Assembly: GCF_009914755.1 (NCBI RefSeq)
Contig: NC_060937.1
Strand: one strand, 5' to 3'
Source of the DNA: the human T2T-CHM13v2.0 reference genome, Homo sapiens
Length of the DNA: 64,000 nt
Made by a program: the position numbers and the translations under genes. Below, in pieces: positions 43,635-57,385 of the stretch (within the stretch, counting starts at the first letter, position 1; each line of letters opens with the position of its first letter). A model generated the notes under the pieces. It was given only the letters and a program-made list of their open reading frames with translations. It had not been told where the DNA came from and did no database searches.

Positions 43635-43760
43635 TCTTCTTCTTTATTTTATCTTATTTTATTTTTCTTTCTTTTCTCTTCCTCTTTTTCTTTTCCCCTT
43701 ACTTTTCTTCCCTTCCCTTCCCTTCCTTTCCCTCTTTCCTTTTCTTTTACTTTGTCCTAT
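43635..43760. repeat. Polypyrimidine low-complexity tract
   Basis: (TTTTA)/(CCCTT)-type units. Confidence 0.8.
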
Positions 43761-43859
43761 ATCTTTGAAACAACCTGAACACTCACTCAGCAGAGAAAAG
43801 GTGTCAAAGATAAATAGCAAATTTGGATGTGTAACCTAAAGAAATTAACTCTTACATGA

Positions 43860-44090
43860 GTGCTTGCTCTTAGCTAGCTCTTAATCAAGGCACTCTTTAA
43901 TCTCATTTAACTCTAACACCAGTTGATTACCATCAGGTAGGTGTTAATATTCCTACTCTACAGTAGAAGAAAACAGTGATAGAAATTAAACAATGCACGT
44001 TCAAGGACATACAACTTACACGTGAGAGAAACAGCATTCAAATTTGAGCCTAAGCCTAAATACAGTATATGGTACTTATACTCCAACTGC
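43860..44090 (-). mobile_element. MIR (degenerate)
   Basis: tctcatttaactc...ggtaggtgttaatattcc...acagtagaagaaaacagtg. Confidence 0.6.
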
Positions 44091-44270
44091 CATAACTAAA
44101 TCATGTTTATTATGACTCAGAGAAAGACTAGTCTTAGAATATTGAAGATTGATCATTTGGTAATTAGGCAAGATTGAAATTTTTAGAGTCATTCAAACAA
44201 ATATTTCTCAGAAAGAAATAATTTCTTCATTTCTGCAAAATTATGTAGCCTTGGGGGCCATGACATAGTA

Positions 44271-44574
44271 CAGTTTCCCATCAGTATCTATGAGGGATTG
44301 GTTTCAGGATCTTCCTCAGATACCAAAATCCATGAATGCCCAAGTCCCTAATACACATCCTCCCATATACTTTAAATCATCTCTAGATTACTTATATTAC
44401 CTAATACAGTGTAACACTATGTAAATAGTTGTTATAACATATTATTTAGGGAACAAAAACAAGAAAAAAGTCTGTACATGTTCACTACAGAAACTTTTTT
44501 TCCAGATATTTTGTATCCATGATTGGTTGAATCTATGAATGTGAATGGAACCCACAGATACAGAGAACCAACTG
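44271..44574. mobile_element. MER2 (Tigger/TcMar non-autonomous DNA transposon)
   Basis: Terminal inverted repeats cagtt...aactg flanked by TA; ctttaaatcatctctagattactta core. Confidence 0.9.
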
Positions 44575-45367
44575 TATATTCAAGGACACTTGCCACTATT
44601 ATGTTCCCAAATCTGTTAGGAACTTTAATCACAGATTGCATTCAGGGGGCTTGTGCAAAGCCTGAAGATGAAAATAATTAAACTACACTAAGATTCCATA
44701 CTGAACAATTCAGCAGCATCTATTTTTATGTGAATATTAATAATGTTTAAGGGGATAGCAGATGTTCATTTTTCATTTCTTTTTTCTGGAATAGCTTTTA
44801 TTGTTCAAATTTGTAAACAAAAATGTATATTTTTGCATCCACTTATTAATTTCAATCTATTCTTTTGTGATTTATTTATGTCTTGCATTCAGAATTATTC
44901 AAATCCAATTGCTACTATCAAAACTTACTATGTAGGAGAAAATATGTTGTTGTCAGATTGGTGCTTTTTCTAATGTACTATTTGAGGGACATTGTACAGT
45001 CTATATTTTACCAAGCTCATATTGTAAATTTTGCTTCAAAGGGCCATTTGTAGCTAACTGTTGGTTTCCATTTGAGAACTTAAGTTTCACATTCAGGCAC
45101 AATAGCCTCCAAGGGTTGATGTCCATCTACAATCCCAATTCATACTTTCATTTTACTTCTCTAAAATAATACTCACCCTTCTTCTATTACCTCACTTTTA
45201 GGTAGATAAGGCTACCGTCTCTATAGGTGATGGGTAAAAAAGTTGATTGTCCTGTTTCACCTGTTTTTAATAAAAACATAGAAACAGATCCCAAGCTCAT
45301 CATTGAATATGGAACAACCTTCTCTAATGTTTGATAGAAATAACTTTGCTATGGAATTATTTTTTGA

Positions 45368-45705
<338 letters not shown>

Positions 45706-46092
45706 TAGTTACTGTGTAATCCAAATTGTTTCAGCTATTTATTCTCATGGTAAAATGATGATTGACTGTAAGCAGAACCTAGGAGGAATTAGGCAGAGTC
45801 GGTGTGACACCATCCTTTACAAAAGTTCAAGCTGGAATGGAACACTTTAGTATTTACATTCTCAATCTCTGAACATCTTTTATTTGGGATGTAGAGAGAC
45901 AGAAACAGAGACTTTTCTTTAAACTAAAGTTACATGGGTCCAGATTTAACCCTTAATTCATATTTGCTGCTGTTCTTAGCAATTGTTTATAACTTACAGA
46001 CCTAAAACTTCAAAGGCAGCTGAGCTTGAGCAGTCATTTCCTTCTTATATCTACAGGAAGTTATATCTTAGTTTCCCGTCTATAGTTTTACT

Positions 46093-46924
46093 TCTTTTTT
46101 TAATTTTATTTTAAATTCAGGGGTACATGTGCAGATTCATTATAGAGGTAAACTTGTGCCATGGGGGTTTTCTGCCCAGATTATTTAGTCACCCAAGTAT
46201 TAAGCCTAGTACGTATTAGTTATTTTTCCTGATCCTTTTTCTCCTCCCACCCTCCATCCTCTGAAAGGCCCCAGTGTGTGTTGTTCCCCTGTCCTTGTGT
46301 TCTCATTATTTAGCTCCCACTTATAAGTGAGAACTTGTAGTATTTGGTTTTCTGTTCCTGCATTAGTTTGCTAAGGGTAATGGCCTCCAGCTGTATCCAT
46401 GTTCCTGCAAAGGACATGATCTCATTCTTTTTTATAGCGGCATAGTATTCCATGGTGTGTATGTACCACATTTTCTTTATCCAGTCTGCTATTGATGGGC
46501 ATTTATGTTGATTCCATGTCTTTGCTATTGTAAAGAGTGCTGAAATGAATATATGAATGCATGTGTCTTTATGATAGGTTGATTTATATATTTATATAGA
46601 TAGAATGATTTCTATTCCTTTGGGTATATACCCAGTAATGGGATTGCTGGTTCAAATAGTAGTTCTGTTTTTAGGTCTTTGAAGAACTGCCACACTGTTT
46701 TCCACCATGGTTGAACTCATTTACACTCCCAACAAGTGTATAAGTGTTCCTATTTCTCCATAAATTCACCAACACCTGTTATTTTTTGACTTTTTAATAA
46801 TAGCCATTCTGATTGGCATGAAATGGTATCTCATTGTGGCTTTGATTTGCATTTCTCTAATGATCAGTGATGTTGAGCTTTTTTTCATATGCTTTTTGGC
46901 CGTGTATATGTCTTCTTTTGAAGT
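46093..46924 (-). mobile_element. 5'-truncated older L1PA (about L1PA13-16)
   Basis: Antisense 3'UTR and ORF2 end (ORF 46766..46960); atagtttta on both flanks. Confidence 0.92.
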
Positions 46925-47520
46925 CATAGTTTTAAATTTTATGAGGGAAAAAAACAACACAAACTTGATATATATGCATGTGCATACTCACACTGATTTT
47001 TACAGCGACATAGACACCTAGAAACTCGGTCAAAACTGTCTTTAAAAAACTTTTGGTCAAAAGTCCCAGCTGTTTGATGCTTGCTAGCATATCAGCTAAG
47101 TGTTTGAACATGCCTAGTGATGAGAAAGCCCATTTCATGTAGGAATACTTTTGTAGTTTTTTAAAAAAATTATTTTTTATTTAATGTCCTTCCTTATGTT
47201 GGTCAGAAAAAAAAGCCAGCTATCTCTTTAGATTCTGCTCATTGGTCCTAGTTTACTTCTTTGAGGCAAAATATTGAAGGTGGCTTTCATGTAACCTCTG
47301 ATTTCTTCTCTAAATCAATCATCCCACTGAACATAAGACATCTTCTAATTCTACCCTTTGTGATGGACAGTCTCCTTTGAAGGTGTTGCAGTTGCCATTG
47401 CCCTTCTGAATGTCTGATAGCCATTCTCACATCTTACAGGTGGCCATGAGAAATAGGCATACAATTCCTGGAGAAGTTTGGCAATATATAACGAAAGATT
47501 TTAGAAAGTACTTACCCTTT

Positions 47521-47827
<307 letters not shown>

Positions 47828-48132
47828 TGATATAGCAATTTCTCTTACAAAAATTTAGTATAAAAATGTTGAGAAGTATAAGGTTCATGATGTTCAACCC
47901 AACATTAACCATATTAACAGCAGTAATGAAAATTTGGGGAAAAATATCCAAAAATAAGGGGTTAAAGAATCAGGCCTTCTGAATCCAAATGTTAAACTAA
48001 GAATATATATTCATAACTTCTTCCTTTGTAATAACTTGTTAAAATTTAATAGTATAAATCCATAAGCAGTAAAGAACACTACATAGGGAGAAGAGTCTCT
48101 CAGTGGATGAGAGAGTTCAATAAATTTCTAGA

Positions 48133-48530
48133 TGTATCAATGAGGGTCCTACCAGAGAAATTGTAGGAGATATGTATTAAGAAATGTATTTTAAGGAATT
48201 GGCTTACTTGACCGTGGGGCTGGCTAGACAAATATGAAATCCATAGGCCAGGCTGTCAGAAGGGCCGGCTGGAACTTTCTGGCATGGGCTGCAGTTGCAG
48301 TCCCCAGGTAGATGTCTTCTTTCTCAAGGGTGTCTTGGCTCTGCCCTGTGGTCTTGCAGCTGAGTGAGGCACACCCGGATTATCTAGGATAGTCTCCCTT
48401 ATTTAAAGTCACTAACTACAGGCTTTAATCTTATCTACAAAATACCTTCACAGCAACTGCTAAATTAGTATTGATTGAATAACTGGGAACTGTGGCCTGG
48501 CCAAGTTGACACTTAAGACTGACCATCGCA
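48133..48530 (-). mobile_element. MLT2D-like ERVL LTR
   Basis: ttttaaggaattggctta...aaaataccttcacagcaac...ggccaagttgacacttaagactgaccatcgca. Confidence 0.85.
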
Positions 48531-49761
48531 CTTCAAAATATAAAATGGATGGAAGTATGTGCTCTGATGAACTGGAGAGAAAGAAGTCCCAACATATGTA
48601 ATACACTGACCAACAACAGCAGAGGAAGGGGCTGACCGGCCTGGCCGATCCCCAGGAACAGTGTTCAGGCAGGACTGGGAAGTCAGACTGAAAAGTGTGT
48701 TTCCGGGAGGTCTGTTGGTCTCCTAACATATTTCTTTCTTGCATTCTTGCACAACAGCACACAAATGACCTTTATACTTGAGCAAAAACATGGAAAATTT
48801 TTCTCTAAGAGAGAAGAACTACCACCTGGAAAGAATTAGGACAGCCAACATGGGTTTTGACAGACAAGAGTAAAGCCTGCCTCATTTGGCATTTAGAAGG
48901 GGTCCGGAGCCTGACAGGGAACTCAAGACCTGCTCTCACCAAACCAAAAAATAATGAATGAATGTAGTCCACACGTACAGACATGCCTCTCAGGCAGTCT
49001 GTTTTCTCATTCTTAAATATAAATGGGCAATCAGAATCTTCAGACATTTGAGGAAGAATGCAGCACTAAAAAAAAGCACAGTAGAATAAATATCCCAGAA
49101 AATTCGGGAAACAGATCACTTATAATAACTATAACTATTATATTCAGGGAGATTTGAGAAGATAATACATTCATAAAACAAGATGCCATGAACAAGAGAG
49201 ACAAAAAAGTACCCATGGAGATTTTATATATATATATAAAATGTATAGATGTGTGTGTGTGTGTGTATATATGTATATGTTATGTATATTTGTATGTTCA
49301 CATATAAAATATATAAATGTGTGTGTGTGAATCTTTTTAAATGAGCAGATTGGGTGGACAAAGAGGAAAATATATTCCAAAAATAGTAAAAATCTAACAA
49401 TTGGAAAATATGAGATAAAATGTTAGATATTAGGACCAATCCATGTACTCTAACATATGGCAAGTAAAAGTTTCACCAAAAGGAAAGAGAAAATATAGAA
49501 GGAGAAAATAGAAAAGAGATAATGCAATAAACTTTTTAGAACTGAAGAGGACAAGATCTTTCCAATTAAAAATTTCTATGAAGTGCTGAATAAGAAAACA
49601 CCTATAAACACATATAATGAATAAGAAAACACCTATAGCTAGATATAGCAAAATTTCAGACCACCAGAAATTTTTTAAAAATCCTAAAAATGTCCAGATA
49701 GAAAATGTTAACAGAAGTGCAGCTCACCTTTGAAGGAGGTCATAATCAGCAACACTATATC

Positions 49762-49805
49762 AAAAACTGGTTTCAAGCCAATCTGATAACCTCTATGACT
49801 TTTTC
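49762..49805 (-). pseudogene. MT-TS1: Partial mitochondrial tRNA-Ser(UCN) pseudogene
   Basis: ctggtttcaagccaa...cctctatgactttttc; reverse strand ttggc-ttgaaac carries the TGA anticodon; 3' part of the tRNA is missing. Confidence 0.85.
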
Positions 49806-49808
49806 GAT

Positions 49809-49876
49809 AAGATATTAGTAAAATTATTTCCTAACTTTGCCAAAGTTAAGTTATAAGTTAAACCCTGTATATCTTA
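49809..49876 (+). pseudogene. MT-TD: Mitochondrial tRNA-Asp pseudogene, 68 nt, anticodon GTC changed to GCC
   Basis: Acceptor stem aagatat/atatctt plus discriminator A; anticodon stem taact/agtta around ttgccaa; abuts the COX2 ATG. Confidence 0.9.
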
Positions 49877-49910
49877 ATGGCCCATCCAGCTCAATTAGGC
49901 CTTCAAGATG
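49877..49910 (+). pseudogene. MT-CO2: First 11 codons of mitochondrial COX2 (MAHPAQLGLQD)
   Basis: Matches the mammalian COX2 N-terminal pattern MA-x-P/A-x-Q-L/V-G-L/F-QD, directly after tRNA-Asp. Confidence 0.88.
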
Positions 49911-50109
49911 TGGTACAATGGTACAATGCCTTTTTGAAGACAACGGTACAATGCCTTTAAACTAAAAGTATAAGGGAAAATTGTTTTCTAGTGGTTAATG
50001 GTTATCTTTCGGTGGCAAAGTGACTACTTATTTCATTTGTCTTTGAAGTGTTTTCATATTATTCTCTGCTATTTTCCAGAGAAGGATGTAATATGTTTTT
50101 ATACTTTTA

Positions 50110-50535
50110 TTTTTATTTATTTATTTATTTTTAATTATAGTTTTTAAGTTTTAGGGTACATGTGCACAACGTGCAGGTTTGTTACATATGTATACATGTG
50201 CCATGTTGGTGTGCTGCACCCATTAACTCATTATTTAACATTAGGTATATCTCCCAATGCTGTCCCTCCCTGCTCCCCCCACCCCACAACAGGCCCCGGT
50301 GTGTGATGTTGCCCTTCCTGTGTCCATGTGTTCTCATTGTTCAATTCCCACCTACGAGTGAGAGCATGTGGTGTTTGTTTTTTTGTCCTTGTGATAGTTT
50401 GCTGAGAATGATGGTTTCCAGCTTCATCCATGTCCCTACAAAGGACATGAACTCATCATTTTTTATGACTGCATAGTATTCCATGGTGTGTATGTGCCAC
50501 ATTTTCTTAATCCAGTCTATCATTGTTGGACATTT
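50110..50535 (-). mobile_element. L1PA3/4-like 3' end (non-inverted part of a twin-primed insertion)
   Basis: T-rich tail, antisense 3'UTR, ends at ...cattgttggacattt. Confidence 0.95.
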
Positions 50536-51927
<1,392 letters not shown>

Positions 51928-52177
51928 TTTTTATAATTTTAAAAGTGTGATATGCAGAAGCAAACACAAAATACAAAATACCACATATTGCTGAATCAGT
52001 GCTAAATAGTGCTGCTTTATTACACAACACCTTTAAAATATTTCATTTCTACTGAGTGATGAACTGAGATTGTATTAGCCTTCTTGGTGACAATAGCTTT
52101 CCTGAATCCTAATGAATTTATTGACAGTCTGGACCCCTAAACTATTTTTCATCAGTGTATACCTTAGACAGCTCTCC

Positions 52178-52539
52178 TGTATTAGTCCATTTTCACACTG
52201 CTGATGAAGACAAACCTGAGACTGGGCAGTTTACAAAGAAAAAGAGATTTAATAGACTCACAGTTCCATGTAGCTGGGGAGGCCCCACAATCATGGCGGA
52301 AGGCAAAAGGCAAATCTTACGTGGCAGCAGGCAAGAGAGAATGAGAACCAAGTGAAAAGGGAAACCCCTTATAAAACTATCACATCTCGTGAGACTTATT
52401 CACTACCACGAGAACAGCATGGGGGAAACCGCCCCCATGATCCAATTATCTCCCACCAGGTCCCTCCCACAACACATAGGAATTATGGGAGCTACAATTC
52501 AAGATGAGATTTGGGTGGGGACACAGCCAAACCATATCA
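52178..52539 (-). mobile_element. THE1B-like solo LTR
   Basis: tgtattagtcc...ccaaaccatatca; TSD tctcc 52173-52177 / 52540-52544. Confidence 0.94.
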
Positions 52540-53755
52540 TCTCCCTTGCTCAGGACCTGAGCATTTCTTTCCTGTTTACTTGTTTGTAGTTATGTCAAAA
52601 ACTTTACATTATTCCTTTTACATTCTTTTTATTTGAACAACCATCATGTATGTTGTTGAAATTTTTGTGGATGATTTTTATCTCATATAAGAAACCTATA
52701 CTAATGTATCTGTGAGTCTTCATGCTAAAATAAGTTGAGTCCTTTGCTTGTCACACTGTGTCTGGGTCTGTGTAGGAAAGGAGGAAAAATTATCCACTGT
52801 AAGGAGAAATAGAATTTAATTCCTTCTGGCTCCAAAGAGACTGCTTATCACACTGGAAAAGGTCATTTGCAAAATTGTTTCCTTCTGGCCTAAAATAGAT
52901 GGCACACTTCCTCTAGAGTGAATGATTCACTCTTATCTCTTTGGATTTAATCCTTAGGCTGGAAAATGACTTAATGAGTATAAACTCCTTACTCATGTCA
53001 GGCAAGGGCATTGGGACATCCAGGTCTCATTTACTTCACCGGAAGCAACATCCCAGTTAGTGAAGATTCACCTCATAGAATAAAGGTCACAATTTAAGGG
53101 TGAAGAGTTTATTCACAGACTTGTTTCGATCAGCATATTAAGCAGAACAATTTTTTAGCTGATTTTGGGAGAAAAAAACACGTTGGATAATCATCAGTGG
53201 TTTTAAATAGTTGGATTGATCTGTCAATCAAAATTACCATCTAACAAAAGAAGTACTATACTTACCAAAGTCACAACATTTCTATCATGACGACTGGTGC
53301 AGTGTATGATTAAAACCCGCCTTTCACTTTGTTTTCACTTCATCTAAGATACTACGTGCAATTTGAGACAGGTGAAATGTTAATTACTGGTCTGATGATG
53401 TAGAGAATGACTAATGGAATAATGTGGTAGCTCACTGAGATTCCACATTATGTATAGACAAATCCTAATTATGGTATTTAAGAATAAAATTAGAAGAGGC
53501 TGGGTTTTAAATAACTATTGGGAGTGGTTAAATATACACACTTAACTTGCCTTCATTTTTTTTCTCAGATGTAGAAATAAAATTCAACACTGTGGAGTTC
53601 ACAAAGCTGGGAAGGAAAGTCAGTCAAAATTTAATACTTAGAGCACTTTCCTGTATACTTGGCACTTCATGGTCTTAAAAAGGAGTTCCCATGACAAAAT
53701 TGTTTATAATTTAATGAGGGAGATGAGAAAGATGCAGTAACTGACCTATAAGAAC

Positions 53756-54048
53756 AACCAGGCACGGTGTCTCACGCCTGTAGTCCCAGCACTTTGGTAG
53801 GCTGAGGCAAGCGGATTTCTTGAGCTAAGGAGTTTGGGACCAGCCTGGGCAACATGATGACATCCCATCTCTACAAAAAAAATACAAAAATTAGCCAGGC
53901 ATGGAGGCGTGAATCTGTGGACCCAGCTACTCAGGAGGCTGAGGTGGGAGGATCACTCAAACCCAGGAGGTGGAGGCTGCAGTGAGCTGACATCATGCCA
54001 CTGCACTGCAGCCTAGATGACAGAGTGAGACCAAAACTCACAAAGAAA
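53756..54048 (+). mobile_element. AluJ
   Basis: Dimer with J diagnostics (ttgagctaaggagtttg, gaggtgggaggatcac, gaggctgcagtgagc); degraded tail. Confidence 0.93.
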
Positions 54049-55818
54049 TGGCCTATGAACAAAGGGATCTGAGGGAAACATGATATAGCATATACAACAG
54101 ATGTAAGGACAGAGGCTGCATAGAGATGAGCACTGGAATCCACAGGAAGATGGGCTGAGAGATGATGTGAAAAGGGAGATGGTAAGATGGACCGTATCGA
54201 TGGAGTTACATATCTTGGTGAAGTCAATTAGAGGCAACATTGGGTTATGGTTTCATTTTAGTTGTGGGAAAAAAATCACAGATGTAGGAGAGGATTAAAG
54301 AGGATGTAGTCCACTCCCCTTATATCAAAAGCTTTCTGCAGCCCTCCCAGTAAGACAATCCAAAAGGAGTCTGCTTTTTCTTTAGAGATTTCCCTGTCTT
54401 TATTTATAGTCTCTGGGGCCTTTCACGCAAACCATTCTGGCAGTTCAATGTCCAGACTGGCTGGCCCTTTGGGGACAATCTTTCTATGTAGTACAGTTGG
54501 CATTTTTTAAAAGAAAATACTGTCAGTTAGTGTGTAAGTGAGCCAAATCAATAACATTAGCTGATAACACATATTCCTGCCATGCTTTCAAAGTCTAATC
54601 TTGAACCTTCCAGAGTACAGTGCGGATCATCTACTTTTTTCTTGTTGGCACTACCTTGGGTATCAGCACAGCTTGTATGAAGCCTGCTGACTGCTTCTCT
54701 ATTGCAAACCTACAAAGTGAATTGCTTGCAGGTACAGAAAAAATGAAACTTTGGAGGGTATACTCTTTTAATTTCAGAAAGCATCCAAGAAAAACAAAAC
54801 TAAGCCCACTGGATTTAAACCTCTTTAAGGAGCTCTTAAATATCTCACATAAAATAATCTTAGTATGTAAGTTCACAAGGCATATTAGCTGGACACGAGT
54901 AAAAGGGGTGAGAGATGAAGAGGGTAGGTGACCTGGGAAAATAAATTAAGCCTCAATTTCCGAAGCAGGAATGATATACTTGGAAGTGTTTATAAACATA
55001 GAAGTTACACAGCATACAGTGTTGTTATTGTTGTTATTTTATGCTCTATAACTTTGGGCTAGCCCATTCAACTACTCTAAGACTTCTTTCTTTGCCTTAT
55101 AAAGTGATGGAATTATAGAATCTCCAAGGCCAGGCTTCTTGCAGGTCTAAAATATTTATGTATATTAGATATATTTACTCCATGAATTCCTTACATTAAT
55201 TTCAAAATCAAATCCTAATACTAGGCAGAAGAAAACTGTTATCAGTAAGAGCATTGGCTCCCAAGTAGCAAACCCTGTGTATCTATGAGGTAGCTTCCAC
55301 TGAAGACTAACTTCTCTAAATGATCTATTGACGTCGGCATTGCCCATCATTGATGCTTTTACACAGCTTGCTTAAGAACTGTATTTAACAAATGGCACTG
55401 AGAATTTTTAGTGTTAACCTGAGAAGCAGCTCTGCTCATCTGCATTTGTTAAGGTTGTGAGAAGAGGAAGCAACCTGTAATTTACTGGTGCATCCTAATT
55501 AAAAATGGAGAATGAAAATAATGTTGTGCTCTCATCAGAGGCACTTAGCCTGATTGGGCGCTTGGTTTTTGTGCAGCATAAAATTGCTGCAAATATTTTC
55601 ATATGTCTAAAGTGGGGATAACAAAGAAAATGCAATAAATTCACCAGCATCAATGTTACCACTACTTACTACAATTGCTCCATTATGTTCTATTTGCTGG
55701 ATTTGTTGGGATTATTTATTTCACTGCTGGGGCATTTTACAAAGGATTCTAGATATTTTCTGTTTTAAAGGAGCTTGGCTTAAGCATGTTGATATTAGTC
55801 CTTACCCTCAAAATAGTC

Positions 55819-56180
55819 TGACATGGTTTGGCTCTGTGTCCCCTTTCAAATTTCATCTCAAATTGTAATCCCCGTTTATCAAGGGAGGGACCTGGTAGGA
55901 GGTAATTGGATCATGGGGGCAGTTTTCCCCATGCTGTTCTCATGCTAGTCAGTGAGTTCTCACAAGTTCTGATGATTTAAAAGTGTTTGGCTTTCCCTCT
56001 CCCCACCCCCACAAGCTGCCATGTAAGACATGCCTTGCTTCCCCTTTGCCTTCCACCATGATTCTAAGTTTCCTGAGGCCTCCCCAGCCATGTAGAACTG
56101 TGAGTCAATTAAACCTCTTTCGTTATAAATTGTCTGTCCTCAGGCAGTTCTTTATAGACGTGTGAAAATGAACTAATACA
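55819..56180 (+). mobile_element. THE1D/MSTA-like solo LTR
   Basis: tgacatggtttggctctgtgtcccc...actaataca; TSD tagtc 55814-55818 / 56181-56185. Confidence 0.92.
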
Positions 56181-57029
56181 TAGTCCCAAGTAAGCACTTC
56201 CTAATTAACTCCAAATATCTCAGATAGTTCCATAATTTGCGCCAAAGCAAATAGAAATCAATGGGTCATAATATCAGCACAGAGTGGACTGTGTCTCTGG
56301 CTAACTTTAAGGAGATCAGATGGAATTCTGCACGTGATATTCCTATAGTGTCTGTCTCCTGTTTCTAGAATAAGTCCCAACCTGGAAGTTTTTGGTTCTC
56401 CACATACAATATGGAACTGGTCTGGATAGCATACAGGACTTATTTCTGAGCTATTCTGCCATAAACACCCTTGTCAAGAGAAAATATTAGTAGTAAGATC
56501 AGTCAAATTGATGTGGATGCCTCAAGTAGGAAGGTAATTGTAGATTAATAAATTATGATTTGATGAGGAACAAAGATCAGAAATCAAGATGGTTGAATGT
56601 ACATAGAAGCAGTATGTCTAAAAATTCAATATAGAATTAAGGTGTTGCTCTTGAGTTGGGTACCCTGAGGCATGGGCTGAAGAGAAGCCTGAGGAAGAAG
56701 CCAGATGCAGGTCCTCTGAAGAGTTGATCTCATGGGGCTTAGCAGAGAGGAAGCCAGGTATGAGGGAATGGGATGAAAACTATAAAAACTGGAACGCCAG
56801 GTGGCAGGGAGACTGACTCAGAGGACTGCAAGAGAAAGAAATTCCCCCAAATTCCTAAATGTCTGAGCGCACAACTATAATACGTAGGTAACTTGAGGTT
56901 TCTATCAGGGATGGGGAGGCAGCTGTTAAGGGTCCAAGTTGCCTGGGATTCCATAGGGGTGCTATCTGGCCTCTTTTCAGAAACTATTTAAGCAATATCA
57001 TTTTGTTAAGAGACTTTACTATGATATTT

Positions 57030-57385
57030 TAAAAATAAACTTTATTCTTTAGAGCAGTTTTAGGTTCACAGCAAAACTGAACAGAAAGTGCAGAGAGTTT
57101 CCATATACTCCTGCCCTCCTGTGTATGTATAGCCTCCCTCACTATTGACATCTCCCATCACAGTGGTGCATTTGCTACAGCTGATGAGCCTACACTGACA
57201 CATTGTTATCACCCAAAGTCCATCATTTACATTCAGGCTCCCTCTTGGTGTTGTACATTCTATGGGTTTGGACAAATGTATAATGATTGGCATCCACCAT
57301 TATTGTATCATCCATCATAGTTTCACTACCTAAAAATTCTCTTTGTTCTGCCTATTCATTTCTCCCTCCTCTCCAATCTCTTGGG
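57030..57385 (-). mobile_element. L1MB-like 3' end
   Basis: gagcagttttaggttcacagcaaaactga...ttgtacattctatgggtttggacaaatgta. Confidence 0.85.

Larger units (their letters stand above)
49762..49910 (+). pseudogene. NUMT: nuclear copy of the mtDNA tRNA-Ser(UCN)/tRNA-Asp/COX2 junction
   Basis: Three mitochondrial elements in vertebrate mtDNA order, orientation and spacing. Confidence 0.93.
48950..49990 (+). mobile_element. Very old L1ME-like ORF1 region (host of the NUMT)
   Basis: A-rich strand with ORF1-like motifs (ttagaactgaagaggacaag, aaaatttcagaccaccag, agcaacact...gaagacaacggtacaatgcc). Confidence 0.55.

Noticed and set aside
49809-49876. Functional nuclear tRNA-Gly(GCC)
   Set aside because: Mitochondrial-type AT-rich body with no Pol III B box (GTTCGA), embedded in mtDNA gene order; it is a NUMT pseudogene.
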